Assembly (NCBI GenBank): GCA_951406725.2
Contig: OX597832.1
Span: 67,890,001-67,954,000, forward strand
Source: Octopus vulgaris
Taxonomy: Eukaryota
Length of the DNA: 64,000 nt
Reading direction: 5' to 3'
A program made the position numbers and the translations under genes. Below are positions 12,050 to 25,633 of the stretch, in pieces. The notes below the pieces were generated by a model. That model ran no database searches. It saw only the letters and a program-made list of their open reading frames with translations, and was not told the origin of the DNA. Position 1 is the stretch's first letter; each line of letters begins with the position of its first letter.

Positions 12050-12380
12050 TGGTGGACACATAGAGGACGATGCTACTGTTTTTAGCCCCAGGAAGACATA
12101 TCCAGCTGGCTCCATCTTATCATTTATTCTGCAGTTTTCAAAATTATTTGGAAGGAAAAAATATGAATTCTGTAGACGAGGTCAGAACAGTATTGGAGGA
12201 GTAGTTTTCGTCACAGACAAGTGTATTGTGGAATAGGGTCCTTTTAAGTCTCCCAGATAGATGGAAGAGCATTGTAGAAAATGAAGGAGAGTATATTTTG
12301 GATTAAAGATATCTTTGTTTATCTTAAATTTGAAAACCAAAAGAAGTATAAGAAACAGCATTATTTACAGGATGACACAA
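12050..12380 (+). mobile_element. mariner transposase C-terminal relic
   Basis: Translates as VDEVRTVLEE*FSSQTSVLWNRVLLSLPDRWKSIVENEGEYILD*, the typical mariner C-terminus (LPxRWxxxVENxGxY). Confidence 0.7.
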
Positions 12381-12935
12381 TACCCTTTTGAATCCTCTTC
12401 CAGATTTTGTGCGATTAGATGAATAAATAGGTATGTCGCTTATGACATTTTTAAAACAATGGATGTAACTTTAGATTTCAGGGGTTTTTTTTCTTTCTTA
12501 CGTATATTTTATAATAATAAATGGTGGTTAATACTTCACTAACTAATCTTTCTACTTATATTGAACGAAGGGGTTTTGTTTGCTTCTCTTTTATAAAGCA
12601 AGTTTAAAAGTAATATCTGAAATGACGTTAAATCATAAATTTCTCGATTTTATTTTAAAAGTTTCATTATACACACATATACACACACTCCGTATACACA
12701 GAGAAGGCACTGACTAGGTTGTTACACTCACGATACAGCGATCGTGAGTTCAATTTCTAGACAGTGGTTCGTTGTGTTTTTGAGCAAAACACTTCATCTC
12801 GCGTTGCTCCGCGATCACTTTGACACCTGATATGTGGTACACTGTGCACATGTTCAGACAACGTCGATTTGATGTGAGCTAATGTACAGCACGATAGATA
12901 GATAGATAGATATAGATAGATAGACGGGCAGATAG

Positions 12936-13497
12936 ATATCCTCCTCCAGTTGTATTTTCTCGCTACATTCGTATCCAGAGAGCTTCTGATTTCCACAGTA
13001 GAACATATCTCTTCTTTGTGGTTCCACACGATAACATCTGGCTGGTTGGGTTTTAGCTCCGTAGGTGTTTCAATTTTTTTAAAGTTCCACCATAAATTTT
13101 TTTACCCATCTTTCTCACTCTGTCATATATATAGATATATGATTGACTCTCCCGTCGAAGACGACGTGTGCAGGTTCAACTTTTGCCGAACGACCTGCAT
13201 AAATTATTTATTTCACTATAAATAAATAATTTATGCAGGTCGTTCGGCAAAAGTTGAACCAGCACACGTCGTCTTCGACGGGAGAGTCAATCATATATCT
13301 ATATATATGACAGAGTGAGAAAGATGGGTAAAAAAATTTATGGTGGAACTTTAAAAAAATTGAAACACCTACGGAGCTAAAACCCAACCAGCCAGATGTT
13401 ATCGTGTGGAACCACAAAGAAGAGATATGTTCTACTGTGGAAATCAGAAGCTCTCTGGATACGAATGTAGCGAGAAAATACAACTGGAGGAGGATAT
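12936..13497. repeat. Near-perfect palindrome with 278-bp arms and a 6-nt loop (13214-13219)
   Basis: Mirror ORFs 12950-13225(+) and 13208-13483(-) differ internally by one residue (R/W). One arm mismatch seen. Confidence 0.97.
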
Positions 13498-13560
13498 GTA
13501 CATTATTCCTACAAACTTATCCGGAGCAAAGTAAGACTGAACTGATTCTTCAACAGACAA
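13320..13560 (+). mobile_element. RLE-type (R4/Dong-like) non-LTR retrotransposon endonuclease fragment forming the outer part of the palindrome arm
   Basis: Reads LWWN...ETPTELKPNQPDVIVWNHKEEICSTVEIRSSLDTNVARK, resembling the PD..(D/E) restriction-like endonuclease motif. Confidence 0.6.
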
Positions 13561-14374
13561 CTTTTCTTCATCTAGATATTGCAACTAAATTTTACTGTTA
13601 AATTTATACGTCATAATCACGAGTTTGTTTGTGACGTCTAGCGATATCAGTATTGCTTCCACTGTCAACATATTTATAATCACTTCTATATAGTAGGCAT
13701 TTATTATCTGCTAAAACTTTAACTTATTATCCTCCCATGGCACATTGACAATCTGTGACAGCATCACATACCTTTCTTTCATTTTCCAACTTTTCAATCA
13801 ACATCTTAGGAATATATAATTTGTTGTAATATTAATTTTTATTGTGCGCACACATTTAAAATTTTGCGTGTTCTCGTGTAACCTACAAATATATACAAAT
13901 TTTCTTTAAATTCTTCAGATTTATACATGCTAGGCATTCTATTACATATGTATGTCTCCGCGTATGTATATGGTTGCATACTCCTCAAAAAATGCGTACA
14001 CACATAATAATATAACGTATATAATCAAAAACACATCTATATAAGGAAACACAGTCTCTCGTATACATTATGCAAGCACACAAACATATAAATACACACA
14101 TAAAGATAGATATAGGTAGATACAGATAGACAGATAGATAGACAAAGAGACATGCAAAGAGATAGATTGCTAGAGATAGACAGACACAGAGAGAGAGAGA
14201 GAGAGAGAGGGGGGGAGATTGATAGGCAGGTATTATATGCCAATCTATCCGAAACCCTCGTAAGCTCATTAAAGAATGAATAATTCTCTATTGTTTTGAT
14301 TTTATACTATATATCTTTGTGGGTGTATTTTTGTGCGTGTTTTTGTGTCTGTGGTTTTAACCCCACATATTACT

Positions 14375-14514
14375 TGCATCTATCTGTCTCTCTGTCTGTC
14401 TGTCTATGTATCTATCCGTCTATATATCTATCTGTCTGTTTGTCTCTCTCTCTACCTGCCCGTCTGTTTCTCTATCTGCCTGTCTGTTTATCTATCTGCC
14501 CGTCTATCTATCTA

Positions 14515-14587
<73 letters not shown>

Positions 14588-14606
14588 GTGCGTCTATCTA
14601 TCTATA

Positions 14607-14643
<37 letters not shown>

Positions 14644-14648
14644 GTGCG

Positions 14649-14699
<51 letters not shown>

Positions 14700-14725
14700 G
14701 CGCGTCTATTTATCTATCTATCCAT
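14375..14725. repeat. (TATC)n/(TCTG)n compound microsatellite
   Basis: Direct reading. A similar (GATA)n tract lies at 18820-19060. Confidence 0.95.
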
Positions 14726-16025
14726 CTGATGGCACCGCGAGTGTCGTGTTGCTCTGAAGCAACTATGCGTTCCGGTCAACCTTGAGCGACTTCAACACAA
14801 CCAAAGCATTTTATATGGGATTAGTGGGGGGAGGTTCGACAACGATCTAGGGCCGACCCTGGGCGTCGACGAGCAATACCTACCCGCCTGTTCAAGACGA
14901 CTTTCGGGCCGGGACCTGTGGACAACTTCCAGAGATCTCTGGCCTGACAGTGCTATCGAGAAGCGCTACCCACAGCCATACTTTAGAAATTAATTTTACG
15001 GAATATTTGGACTACACTGCTGTTCCCTAACAATTTCGTTAGCCGAGTTTGATCATTACCAATTCCTGATGGAGTATTTGCTTGGGTCTTTAATTCCATT
15101 TTCCGTTTGTATATATATATATATATATATATATGTGCACGCTCGCGCGCGCACACACGCGTTACGCGTGATAATGTCATCGACCAGACCAACTGTTGTT
15201 ATCGCTCTTTACAATGCACTTGCCTCATTTTAGCATTTGGATGCTGCCACACCGCTGGCAAGCGTCATAGGCCAAAATTCCCCTGATCGGAAGACTAATC
15301 AACAAACTATCTACTGCAAGGAGACAGGAACATCATGAGGGAATTGTTATGATCAAGCATACACCAAGCCGTCGGTCAAGGAACCGAATGAACTATCTAG
15401 GTATAGTGAGTGGAACACCGGATTACTTGCCTAAAATGTAGTCTTGAATTTGACGTTGACGTTATGTGAAGCAAATCCGGCATAGCAAGGTCTTTCAACT
15501 TCTTTATATTATGTATGTATGATACACATACTTATAAACAATAGCATCAGATACATTCAATAGGAGCAACGGAAAATAATGGATTGAGAGCAAAAGTATC
15601 ATATGTACAAGAACATACACTCGCATACACACATACGCATACAGACACGTAAATAGGTACATGTGTGCATATGTATGTACGTATGTATGCGTACATGAAT
15701 ATATATATATATATACACTCATATATATATATATTTATATATATAAGTAGTTGAATGAATTATCCTAGTATGGATAACTCGGTTAACCGATACCCGGGTA
15801 GCAAATTTACGTCAGAAAGCACGGTTGAAGCTACATGCCAAGGATAGAAATCACGTGCTTTCGTGTGGAAATTTGTGTGTTTTTTTTACTTTAGATAAAT
15901 GAAAGAATAACAGTGGTAGTATTGATGATAACAACGGCAGCATTTCTATAGTCAGGGATATTACAGGCGATAGTAATAATAACAATAATAGAACAGATAA
16001 TAATAACAATAATAGAAATAGTATA

Positions 16026-16505
16026 GTGGTCAGTGCTAGCAGTTATATTAACAGCAATCATAACAATAAAAACTCCGTCTTAGTCTCGGAGGTAAACCCT
16101 AATAGATTAAAGTTCTTGTCCAGTAATTCCATAATTAAAAATTCCATTTACCAGTGTATGGTTTCTTCCGGTACCGGTGTCTTCTTCTATGTTGGGGCGA
16201 CTACTTCTAAATTATCCCAGAGGATTTCCAATCATTATTCAACTTTCCGAGATAAGAGGAAACAACAACGTACAGGACTAAGTAAATTAGTTTGGCGTCT
16301 TAAAGACAGCAATATAACTTTCAAGCTGGAATGGTCCATATTGTCTGTATCCTTTCCTTTTGATAAGGGCAGAAAATATTGTGCCGTCTGTAATTCCGAG
16401 CTTTTCTATATACTTTTCGCCAAATTCCCTTTAGTAAACACAATGGTAGAAAAATCCTATAGATGCATGCACTGGCAGAAACACACCTTCCACTCATATC
16501 AATGA
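16026..16505 (+). mobile_element. Penelope-like element GIY-YIG endonuclease fragment
   Basis: SIYQCMV...FFYVGATTSKLSQRISNH...TGLSKLVWRLKD...WSIL...CAVCNSE...CMH matches the GIY-YIG and Cys/His pattern of PLE endonucleases. Confidence 0.85.
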
Positions 16506-17073
16506 TGATTAATATAGATAACCTCCTTGAATTTAATAATTTGGTTCCACATCTACAACAACACCATAGACAAATTTTTTTATACTCCGTTACTTGAAGG
16601 CCTACTACCAAATTCGTTGGGGTATGTTCTACCTTTGTCTCTCTACCTCTCCCTCCCTCTCTCTCTCTCCCTCTCTCTATCATAAACACAATCAAACACA
16701 CAGACACAAATCTGTCACTTCACCACTAGATGTATTTGGCATTTATCCCCCCACACAAACAATCACGCACACACATACACACACATAGACACAAATGCAG
16801 TTATATACATACACACATAGGCACTCAATCTCATTGGCAGAAGCAAACAACAACGCATCACCATACATACGACTTGCACTCTGTCACTCTCCTATTCTTA
16901 GATCTTTCCCCTTCCAACCATTTTTGAATTGTTGAACTTTTTAAAAGCTTATCCCTCCAACCAATTTTGACGTCACTGCTTATAACGGAATGTTTTAAAG
17001 AAACACTCATTTTCACTATGGACTCCGTGTGGGCAGTCATCTAAAAGTTTTTGTTCGTCATGATGCTGACATA

Positions 17074-17160
17074 AGTTCCTTGTCTTTCCTGATGAACACT
17101 TTATTCCTTCGGATTTAGGAATATGCAGTCTTCGAAACATATGTCGAGAATAAAGGAATT
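17074..17160 (+). ncRNA. Type I hammerhead ribozyme motif, degenerate stem II, downstream of the PLE endonuclease
   Basis: CTGATGA (17089-95), GAAA (17134-37), palindromic stem III ACATATGT and a GTC triplet (17143-45). Flanks ttcctt..tttc and gaga..aaggaa can pair. Confidence 0.65.
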
Positions 17161-17314
17161 TTGTTAAATCGCCGTTCGACTCCATTCTTTCATTTATCTA
17201 TTTATATATATATACATGTATATGTACACACATATATATATACATATGGATGTACATACATATATGTGTGTATGTATGTGTGTGTGAATATATATAATTA
17301 TGTATATATATGCA

Positions 17315-17362
<48 letters not shown>

Positions 17363-17556
17363 CATATGCTTTAATTCGCACATGTATATAAAATATGCTG
17401 ATACATAAATATACATGCATATCTATCTATCTCGCTCTCCTTTTGTCTCTCTATAAATGTATAACCATAAATGTATAATCATGCATCTATATCGGTATGC
17501 GTGTACATGCTTATATGAAACACATGGATGTCTATGCATAATACATATACACACAT

Positions 17557-17606
<50 letters not shown>

Positions 17607-18845
17607 ATGCATAAATATGTATTCATACATAAATGAATATATATTGTATATTCATTTATATATTTACATGCAGATTAGTATGGATATAGTATGTAGATAT
17701 GTGTATGTATATTCTACACATGCTAATCTAGAGAAATGCATTCAATTTTAAACAAGGCCATATCAAGCTGAGTCTATCCAATTTCTGTCGAATCATACAA
17801 AAACCATTTATTGTTTAATACTGCAAAGATTAAGAAAGTTGATCTAGATTTTCGATAAAGATTTCTACTGAAAGACACACGTGCCATTTTAGCAAGTTAC
17901 AAAAGAAACAACAACAACAAAGTTACAACAGCAACAACAACATAAAAAAAGTCAAAGAGAAAACAAGCAGTAAACTTTCAGATAATTATGTAAGGAACTG
18001 CAGATAGAAATTACATATGTTCTGATACGAAATATATTTTGTGGTGTACGTATTTTCATATGTATGTCTGTCACTACGTACCTACGTATGTGTTATGTAT
18101 TTATATATATATGTGTGCATGTATCTACACATTTAGATATGCATACACTTGTTATATAAATAAATATATGAATGTTTGCGTGTACATGTTTGCGACTGTG
18201 TGTATGCATACGTATGTCTAATATATGTATGTATGTCATCAGTAGCAAACCTCCTAAGACGACATGATAAGGTCTATTTCGCCTCCAACGATAGAGAAAG
18301 TAAGTATATATATATAAAATATATGTATGAACAGTGGCGTCCCGATTGTCAACTTCCTTGATGAAAGCTCGCTATTTGCAGCGGAAGCATTATAAGTTCT
18401 AAATGCTATTCTGTGTATCATACTTAATGTAGTCATAGTCTTGATATTCTTCTAACCTCAGTGTTTATTCAAGACAGCTTCTCGTATAGAAGTTTAGATT
18501 TAAAAGAGACAAAGAAATATATCAGTTGCAGACGGCAAATATCTCGCAGCGAAGATGCAATTGCTAAATAGGGAATTCTATGCTGCTTCTGTTCTGTGTT
18601 CTTCTAGAGCCTTGGGCTGAGTCGAAGGTCGTTGACAAAGTCCAAATAAGCCGAAATATTTAGTTATCTCACCATGCTATTGCTCGATTTTTGCCTGCTA
18701 CTGAATATTTGGGGGACACACACTCAGACACATTTACATGCATGCGTATATAGATATTTGTGCGTGTGTTTTTACATGTATGCATACGCTCACAAACTTA
18801 TAGGTAAATACAGAGATAGTTAGATACATTTATAGCTAGACAGAC

Positions 18846-18890
<45 letters not shown>

Positions 18891-18941
18891 CAGTTATAGG
18901 GAGCCATACAGATAAATAGATAGATACAGTTATAGGGAGAC

Positions 18942-19000
<59 letters not shown>

Positions 19001-20084
19001 CAGATAGATAGACAGATACATTTATAGGTAGACAGACAGATAGATTGATAGATAGATGTGTGCATGTGTTTATGCATGTATGAACAGAGCTATTTAGATA
19101 GATCGATAGAGAGACATATATTTTAAACTAGAAGATACAATGACAACGATTATACTGGACACAGTTTAATAATACCAGCACCGCTTTAAGAATCTTCGAT
19201 TTTCGTCAGCGTATATTGTAAACCTTATATCTCGTATGTAACCTCATACTGCACGGTTCTCTGCTTGCTTTGAGGTAATTCTTGCCAGCTGTTTTCCTCT
19301 TGCTTGAGAAATAATCGTATCTCCGTCTTGTAATTGCTATCAAGTAACTTTGTAATGACTGCTTGACTAGAGATTGATAAAACTATGCATCCACTCTAAA
19401 GAATGTCATGATCTTGTAATTGTTTACATCAACTGTAAAAACCTGGGAGCCTAGCTTATGATTATGTGTTGCAGTATTAGTATAATAAGGAAATAATTCT
19501 AGCCCGTTCCGTCCTCAGTTAGTACTGCATCTATGCAGATTTATAAAGCAGATCCAAAAGTGCTGTATTCATAAAAGCGTCACCCGTGGGAGTCCATTTC
19601 CCTTACACCCTTTAGCTATGTTACTGAGTCTAGAGAGAGAAAGTATTTTTGCTAGGAGGTAATTCTTCTTCAGAAGCAAGCTAGATATTTGGTCGGAACT
19701 AAGTTCACCGCCTGAAAGCAACCGCCTGTTAGAGATTTATTAAGAAAAGTAGCAAGCTTGTTAATTCTCATACCTTTCCACAAATTTATGTAAGAAATTA
19801 GAAATCGTGGATTAGTAATGAACCAGGTAAAACAAATGCGATGTTTCTCGACTGCAGGCAGCAATTGTTACGAAGCTAGGCGAAATTCAATAGATATGAT
19901 TATATCTGAGAGCAATAACTGGTACACAACTTGTTTTTAATCTCGCTGGATATTTTCTAGAAAGATGTATAGAAAAAAAGAATCAACTCATTTATGTTGA
20001 CCGCCGAATTCAATGGTTTACACCAAGTATATTTCTGGTTCTAACAAATGAGCCATCTGAAATGTGTGACGTATACTCTAAGGC

Positions 20085-20372
20085 AGATGTTCTAAAACTT
20101 TTGGGGCTAAATCCCTCTTCATGGCCACATAATACCCTCAGCGCCCCCACCCCTATCTTTAAGTATAAGTAAAAATTTTATATTTTACTAATTTATATAT
20201 ACTTTCAATCATTTGATATTTAATTTATAATTTGTATACAATACTATAATAATAAATTCATAGGAGTCCCCCAATCCTCTTCCTTTCTCCCAAATGTCTT
20301 CTTTTCCTCTACCACCCCCTCAGACACCAGCACCCACCTGGACCCTCTAAACGCCTAGTTTGAGAATCTATG
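20085..20372. mobile_element. Possible hAT-type MITE
   Basis: Imperfect terminal inverted repeats cagatgttctaaaact ... agtttgagaatctatg around about 290 bp. TSD not established. Confidence 0.4.
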
Positions 20373-23300
20373 CTGTAAGGTATGGTTCTATTATAACATA
20401 CTGAATCTTGTAGCTTTTCTGAGAGACGATATTAAGTGGAACTGTATCGAACCTGATGCAGATTGGTCTGTTATTTTGGTCAACATAAATACTACCCCAG
20501 ATTATGAATTTAGTGTTTGTAAAGTCAATAAAGATGTTTGTATTTCCTTGTCTAACCTCACCATCAAGTCGCATTTAATATTTGATAGCATACATACAAC
20601 CCTTTAGGTTATCGCTATTGTGATTGGTGTTGATTTTATTACTAATGAGACTCAAATCTGACCTGTTGTAGCAACACTGGGGCCAAATGTCTTCCAACGA
20701 CGCTTATTACTTTCTATATCCTTGTGTAGTCCTTCTTCAATCATTTTTGTAATTGAGTATGCTGCACTTCAAAGATATTAGAGAAGTTGTATGTCCGCTA
20801 TGTGTAGAAGACGGCGTTTCATTGAAGAGGCTCTTGCTTTGACTCGTATTTACTTTTTATTATATAATTGGTGGCTGTTATTGATTAAGAATTAAGGGAG
20901 AAATGAAAGCAGCTTTTCAAAATATTTCATCGTCTCTATCATGATTTTACCACATTTGCAAATGTTTCAATCCGTAATTAACTGGTTGCAGTGTAGGGTG
21001 AGTGCTTACATAGTTGCACTAGAGGGATGTATTGGGGCACAATGAATATTTTAATTCGTTACAATGCGTCCTTCACTTTGGCCGTCAATAACTCTAGTTG
21101 AAGCGAAGCCTTGAAGAAAAAGTAATTGAAAACTTTGCTGCGACTGAATCTTATAATTTATTAGAAATCACTGGATTGGATGTGTTTGATAGGCAAACAC
21201 AAGAAAGAGAAAATGCATAAAATATATGAAATAACAATTGTTGACCAGTGGAAAAAGACGGACGTGTGGCTAATAACTTTTGGAATCAAACGTGTCTAAC
21301 AGAAACAAAATTATTTGAAAATTTCTTTACATATGATAATTGAGATGGCGAATGTGACACACAAAAAAGAAAGAAATTTTACTAAATCATAAAACAGCGT
21401 GTATCAAACTCTAAGGAGTTGAGAGATAAAAACGAATTTTTACCAATATGGCAGTACTGTTTAAAATTACATCAAATTGGCGAGGTGGTTTGAAAACGAA
21501 AAAAAAAAAAAATTTAATCTAAGCCATAGAAATTAGAAGACAATTTCAAGTCAGAATGCAAGGCTGAAGTTGTTTAAAGCAACGATTTTTTTTTGCCTCT
21601 TTTATGTAATACTCTAGCTGGTAGCTCTCTTGATATGAGGAAAATGATTCACATAATAATACTAATGTTGATAATAATAATAATAAAATTAAACAAATGC
21701 ATGCAATACTCTTTTTTTTAAAGTGGACAATTTTTATCCTTCAAGCATGGGCAAATTGAGTAAAGGTATTAAAATGTTTCAAGAACTCGCTATGAGAGGA
21801 GGATAAGAAGTAATTATGCTCCATGCAAAGTGGATTGAAATTATTCGAATGGCGAGGAATTTATGAAAAACCAGTTCTCAAACCAACGATTTTTTTAAAG
21901 TTCAACTGTCGAGATAAACTTCAAATAGTCATAATTAAAGTTTAGAGATTCGATGAAGTTTCAAATAAAACAGTATAATTCCAAGTTATAGAGGAAGATG
22001 CGTTTGTATCAATTTGAAACAACTCATTATACCCTACCAAAAGATCTAAGAAAATAGAGTGAAGCCAATGTCGTTAATACTAACTTATAATATACTATGA
22101 TAAGCAAGGCAAATAAATGAGAGATTCTTGTTTTGTAAATGGTAGATGAACGGAATCTATAGACTCTGCTCAATTCCTAGTGATAGACATTGGACCAATG
22201 AAGATTTTCCGTTTTTAACCTCTCGGTTCCTCATCAATTCCTTTTAACTGTTCACACTTTTACTGCTTGACGTGAAATTCCGACTTCAAAGACCTAATCA
22301 CACGACATTTGACCTCTCAGCCTAATCAAATATAACTTGATACTCAACTTTCAGCGTTTAGTGTTCCCCTATCCTTAAGTTTCCTATTACGAAGTCTTTG
22401 CATACACGATTCTACGCACTCTTTACGTTCATAGGTTCCTTGCTTGCAATGGTTGACGGAATGTAAAATATGGGCAAAAGCTTTTGCGATTTTCTGATTT
22501 CCAAAAAGCAGCGTTCACTGTTGAAATGCTCTGTAATCGGAAATGTCATTTTCGGCAATCACCGACGGTGAAAACAGAATAAATTAAAAGAAAAAAATTA
22601 TAACCGATGAACTTAGAATTAACTCTCATCTTCTGAACTATTCTAATTAACTACCAAAGAACAAATATAATCATTGACTACTTCGGAATTTACAGTTTCG
22701 TATTAATACACATCAGATTTGAGAAAGTCTTTTTAAACGTTTAATTGATTGAAGTTGCAATTTGCATATTTAAACGATGGATTTTGTTTTGGCATAGACA
22801 AGCAGTAAATGGTATTTTAGAGATTGAATCAATAAGGTCTCTTTGTTGGTGCTTATCGATCTACCTAACGGTAAAGCAAATCATGGAATGGGAGCTGGAT
22901 CCTGTCATTCATCCTACCGAATTTGAGTCAAATATTTACCCGGTCTGTAATTATAATCTGTACTGATTTAACAATAATTTTTAGCAACAAATCTGCGATC
23001 TTCCTCTATTTCTTTTATAATAAATACAAAAATACATTCAATATTAATAGGAAATACACAAAAATAATATCAATTATTAAACTTTATTTTTTCAATACGT
23101 CAATACATAGAATTATAATTTGGTTTACATGAAAAGAAGGAAAAGTAAATTGAATAAAACTAAATTCAGAATATTCCAGTATATTTTCATTTGAACTGCC
23201 TCCCATTACGAATATTTCTGCGGAAGAGAAAAAGGAACCAATAAATAAGAAATAAATGAAAAGTTAGATTATCCTCGTTGAACTTATATTAACAGCAACA

Positions 23301-24289
23301 TAATGTGGTTCAGGTTTCATCCTTATTAACATTCTGCAATGTTCAAAACATGGAAATCTATGCATGAACACTAACTTCAATAGAGAACAAAATAGAAAAT
23401 TGAATCCATTCGTTTTACCATATATGTGAAAACCCCTACATACACACACGCACACATGATGGAGTATTCATTCTCACACTGAACGAAATGATAGTGTGAT
23501 ATAAGGAAAGAGATACATTTAAAATGTCACCTGAGGAAGAGAATTTTCACATTTCATGGATGATAGAGATTACGTAGTATGTTAATTATATTATCTCACA
23601 AATGCTCTGCGAGTGTAAAACCGAGTCGCAACAATATATGTGAAAAAATGTTAAGATAGAAAATGCTAAAATAATTTTATAAAAACATTTCAGTACCGGT
23701 TTCAGTCGTTGAGACATTTTCAACTGTAACAATTAATAAAATTTAGAAAAATTTATATATATATTGATAAAAACGGTAAGATAACAAAAGAAAGAGACCT
23801 CAATATTATGTAAATAGAGGAAATTTATCTGTAAATTAATATGTGTCAATTATACAATAACCAAGATAAAACTCTGAGTTTCGGATGCCGAAGTGGAAAT
23901 CCACAACACCATCTCGACGAAAAAATACGTGGGCCTTACAGAGGGTAATTTCAAGGCCAGTTTCAATAACCACACCTTGAGTTTTAGGCACCGGAACAAA
24001 AGAAAAGCGACAAAATTATCCAATCGTATTTGGTCAATAAAAGATAAAGGAGTCAGTTACAACATCCATTGGAAGATTTTGGCCAAATGTAAGTCCTACA
24101 CCAACGGCAACGGAAAGTGCGGTCTATGCGACATGGAGAGATGGCTTATCTGGAAAAGCAGCTTAGACCCTACTACATGTCTAAATTCAAGGACAGAACT
24201 TTTCGGATCATGCCCAGATGTGACAAAATTTTTGTTACCTTTTTGGTCCCCCCCCAAAAAAAAAATACAGATAGAGCTTGCTTTCTATA

Positions 24290-24683
24290 TTACTCTCTCT
24301 TTTACTCTTTTACTTGTTTCAGTCATTTGACTGCGGCCATGCTGGAGCACCGTCTTTAGTCGAGGAAATCGACCCCGAGACTTATTCTTTGTAAGCCCAG
24401 TACTTATTCTATCGGTCTCTTTTGCCGAACCGCTAAGTGATGGGGACGTAAACATACCAGCATCGGTTGTCAAGCAATGCTACGGGGACAAACACACACA
24501 CACATATATATATACATATATACGACAGGTTTCTTTCAGTTTCCGTCTACCAAATCCACTCACAAGGCTTTGGTCGGTCCGGGGCTATAGTAGAAGACAC
24601 TTGCCCAAGATGCCACGCAGTGGGACTGAACCCAGAGCCATGTGGTTGGTTAGCAAGCTACTTACCACACAGCCACTCCTGCG
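24290..24683 (-). mobile_element. tRNA-derived SINE, well preserved
   Basis: Minus strand begins gcaggagTGGCTGTGTGGtaag (A box) ... GGTTCAGTCCC (B box), with internal (TG/TA)n and a purine-rich tail. Related copies occur elsewhere in the window. Confidence 0.85.
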
Positions 24684-25467
24684 TCCCAAAAAGTTTTTTT
24701 ATCTCATTATACCTTTTATTTTTTCATATATTTTAATATTTTCACACATTATAATTTTTTCTGTACTCTTCCATCTTGCATTTTCTGTACTCTTCCATCT
24801 TGCATTTTTAGACGTGTATATAGATTAATTTGTACACGTATGTGAATATGTATGTGTGAGCGGGTGATGTATGCGTGTGTGCGGGCATAAGAATACATAT
24901 ATATAGACGTTTTTACTCAGTATTTTTACAATTTTTTCGGTTTGTTGGGGCGTATGTATAATCATTTTTGCGTATGCGTGTGTGTGTATGCGTATATAAA
25001 CATGTGTGGGTATGTATATATATGGGCGTGTGTGTGTATGCGTGCATAAGGGCATGTCCGTATATGAACGTGGCTTTCACGCTTTGTATAAATCCTTATT
25101 TTTTTCTGTATTGTGTTTTTTTCTGTATTGTTGTGTTTATTTCTGTATTGTTACCTTTAACCATGTTTTTTCTTGTGCTTGTGCGTATATAGACGTATGT
25201 ATGACCTTTACGGTACGCGTGTGTGTGTATGAGTTTGTATATATATGCGTATATATTTGGCGAAAAATCCGAGTGAAGATGTGTACGTTTTCATAGTGAC
25301 GTATAAGTACGCTCGTAGGAGCGCGAGTGCACATGTGAGCGTATGAGTAGCCGTTCTTATGTGTTTACTATGAACTTTTAATCTTAATTTATATGAGTAG
25401 CGGAATTATAACACAGTAATTTCCCTTTATATAACGGTATTTTTTCATACCGTTTTTCAGATGGCCA

Positions 25468-25528
25468 GATAACCGAAGAGATAGTGTTGTGGATTTCCAC
25501 TTCGGCATCCGAAACTCAGAGTTTTATC
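25468..25528 (+). ncRNA. Hammerhead-like motif with variant core (CCGAAGA...GAAA)
   Basis: gataa CCGAAGA gat-agtg..cact..atc-c GAAA ctc-a-gag TT ttatc. Stem I gataa/ttatc and a minimal stem III ctc/gag. Confidence 0.55.
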
Positions 25529-25565
25529 TTGACTATTGTATAATTGTAACATATTAATTTACAGA

Positions 25566-25633
<68 letters not shown>

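Larger units (their letters stand above)
23826..25566 (+). mobile_element. Penelope-like relic with inverted terminal repeats, GIY-YIG fragment, nested SINE and 3' hammerhead-like motif
   Basis: 23826-23908 is the reverse complement of about 25484-25566. ORF 23893-24330 reads KYVGLTEGNFKASFNNH...ATKLSNRIWSIK...WKILAKC...CGLCDME...LNSRTELFGSC. The right end abuts (TA)n. Confidence 0.85.

Noticed and set aside
20900-22150. Possible pogo/Tigger-like transposase relic
   Set aside because: It looks like decayed coding sequence, but I could not read a convincing DDE or HTH motif or TIRs.
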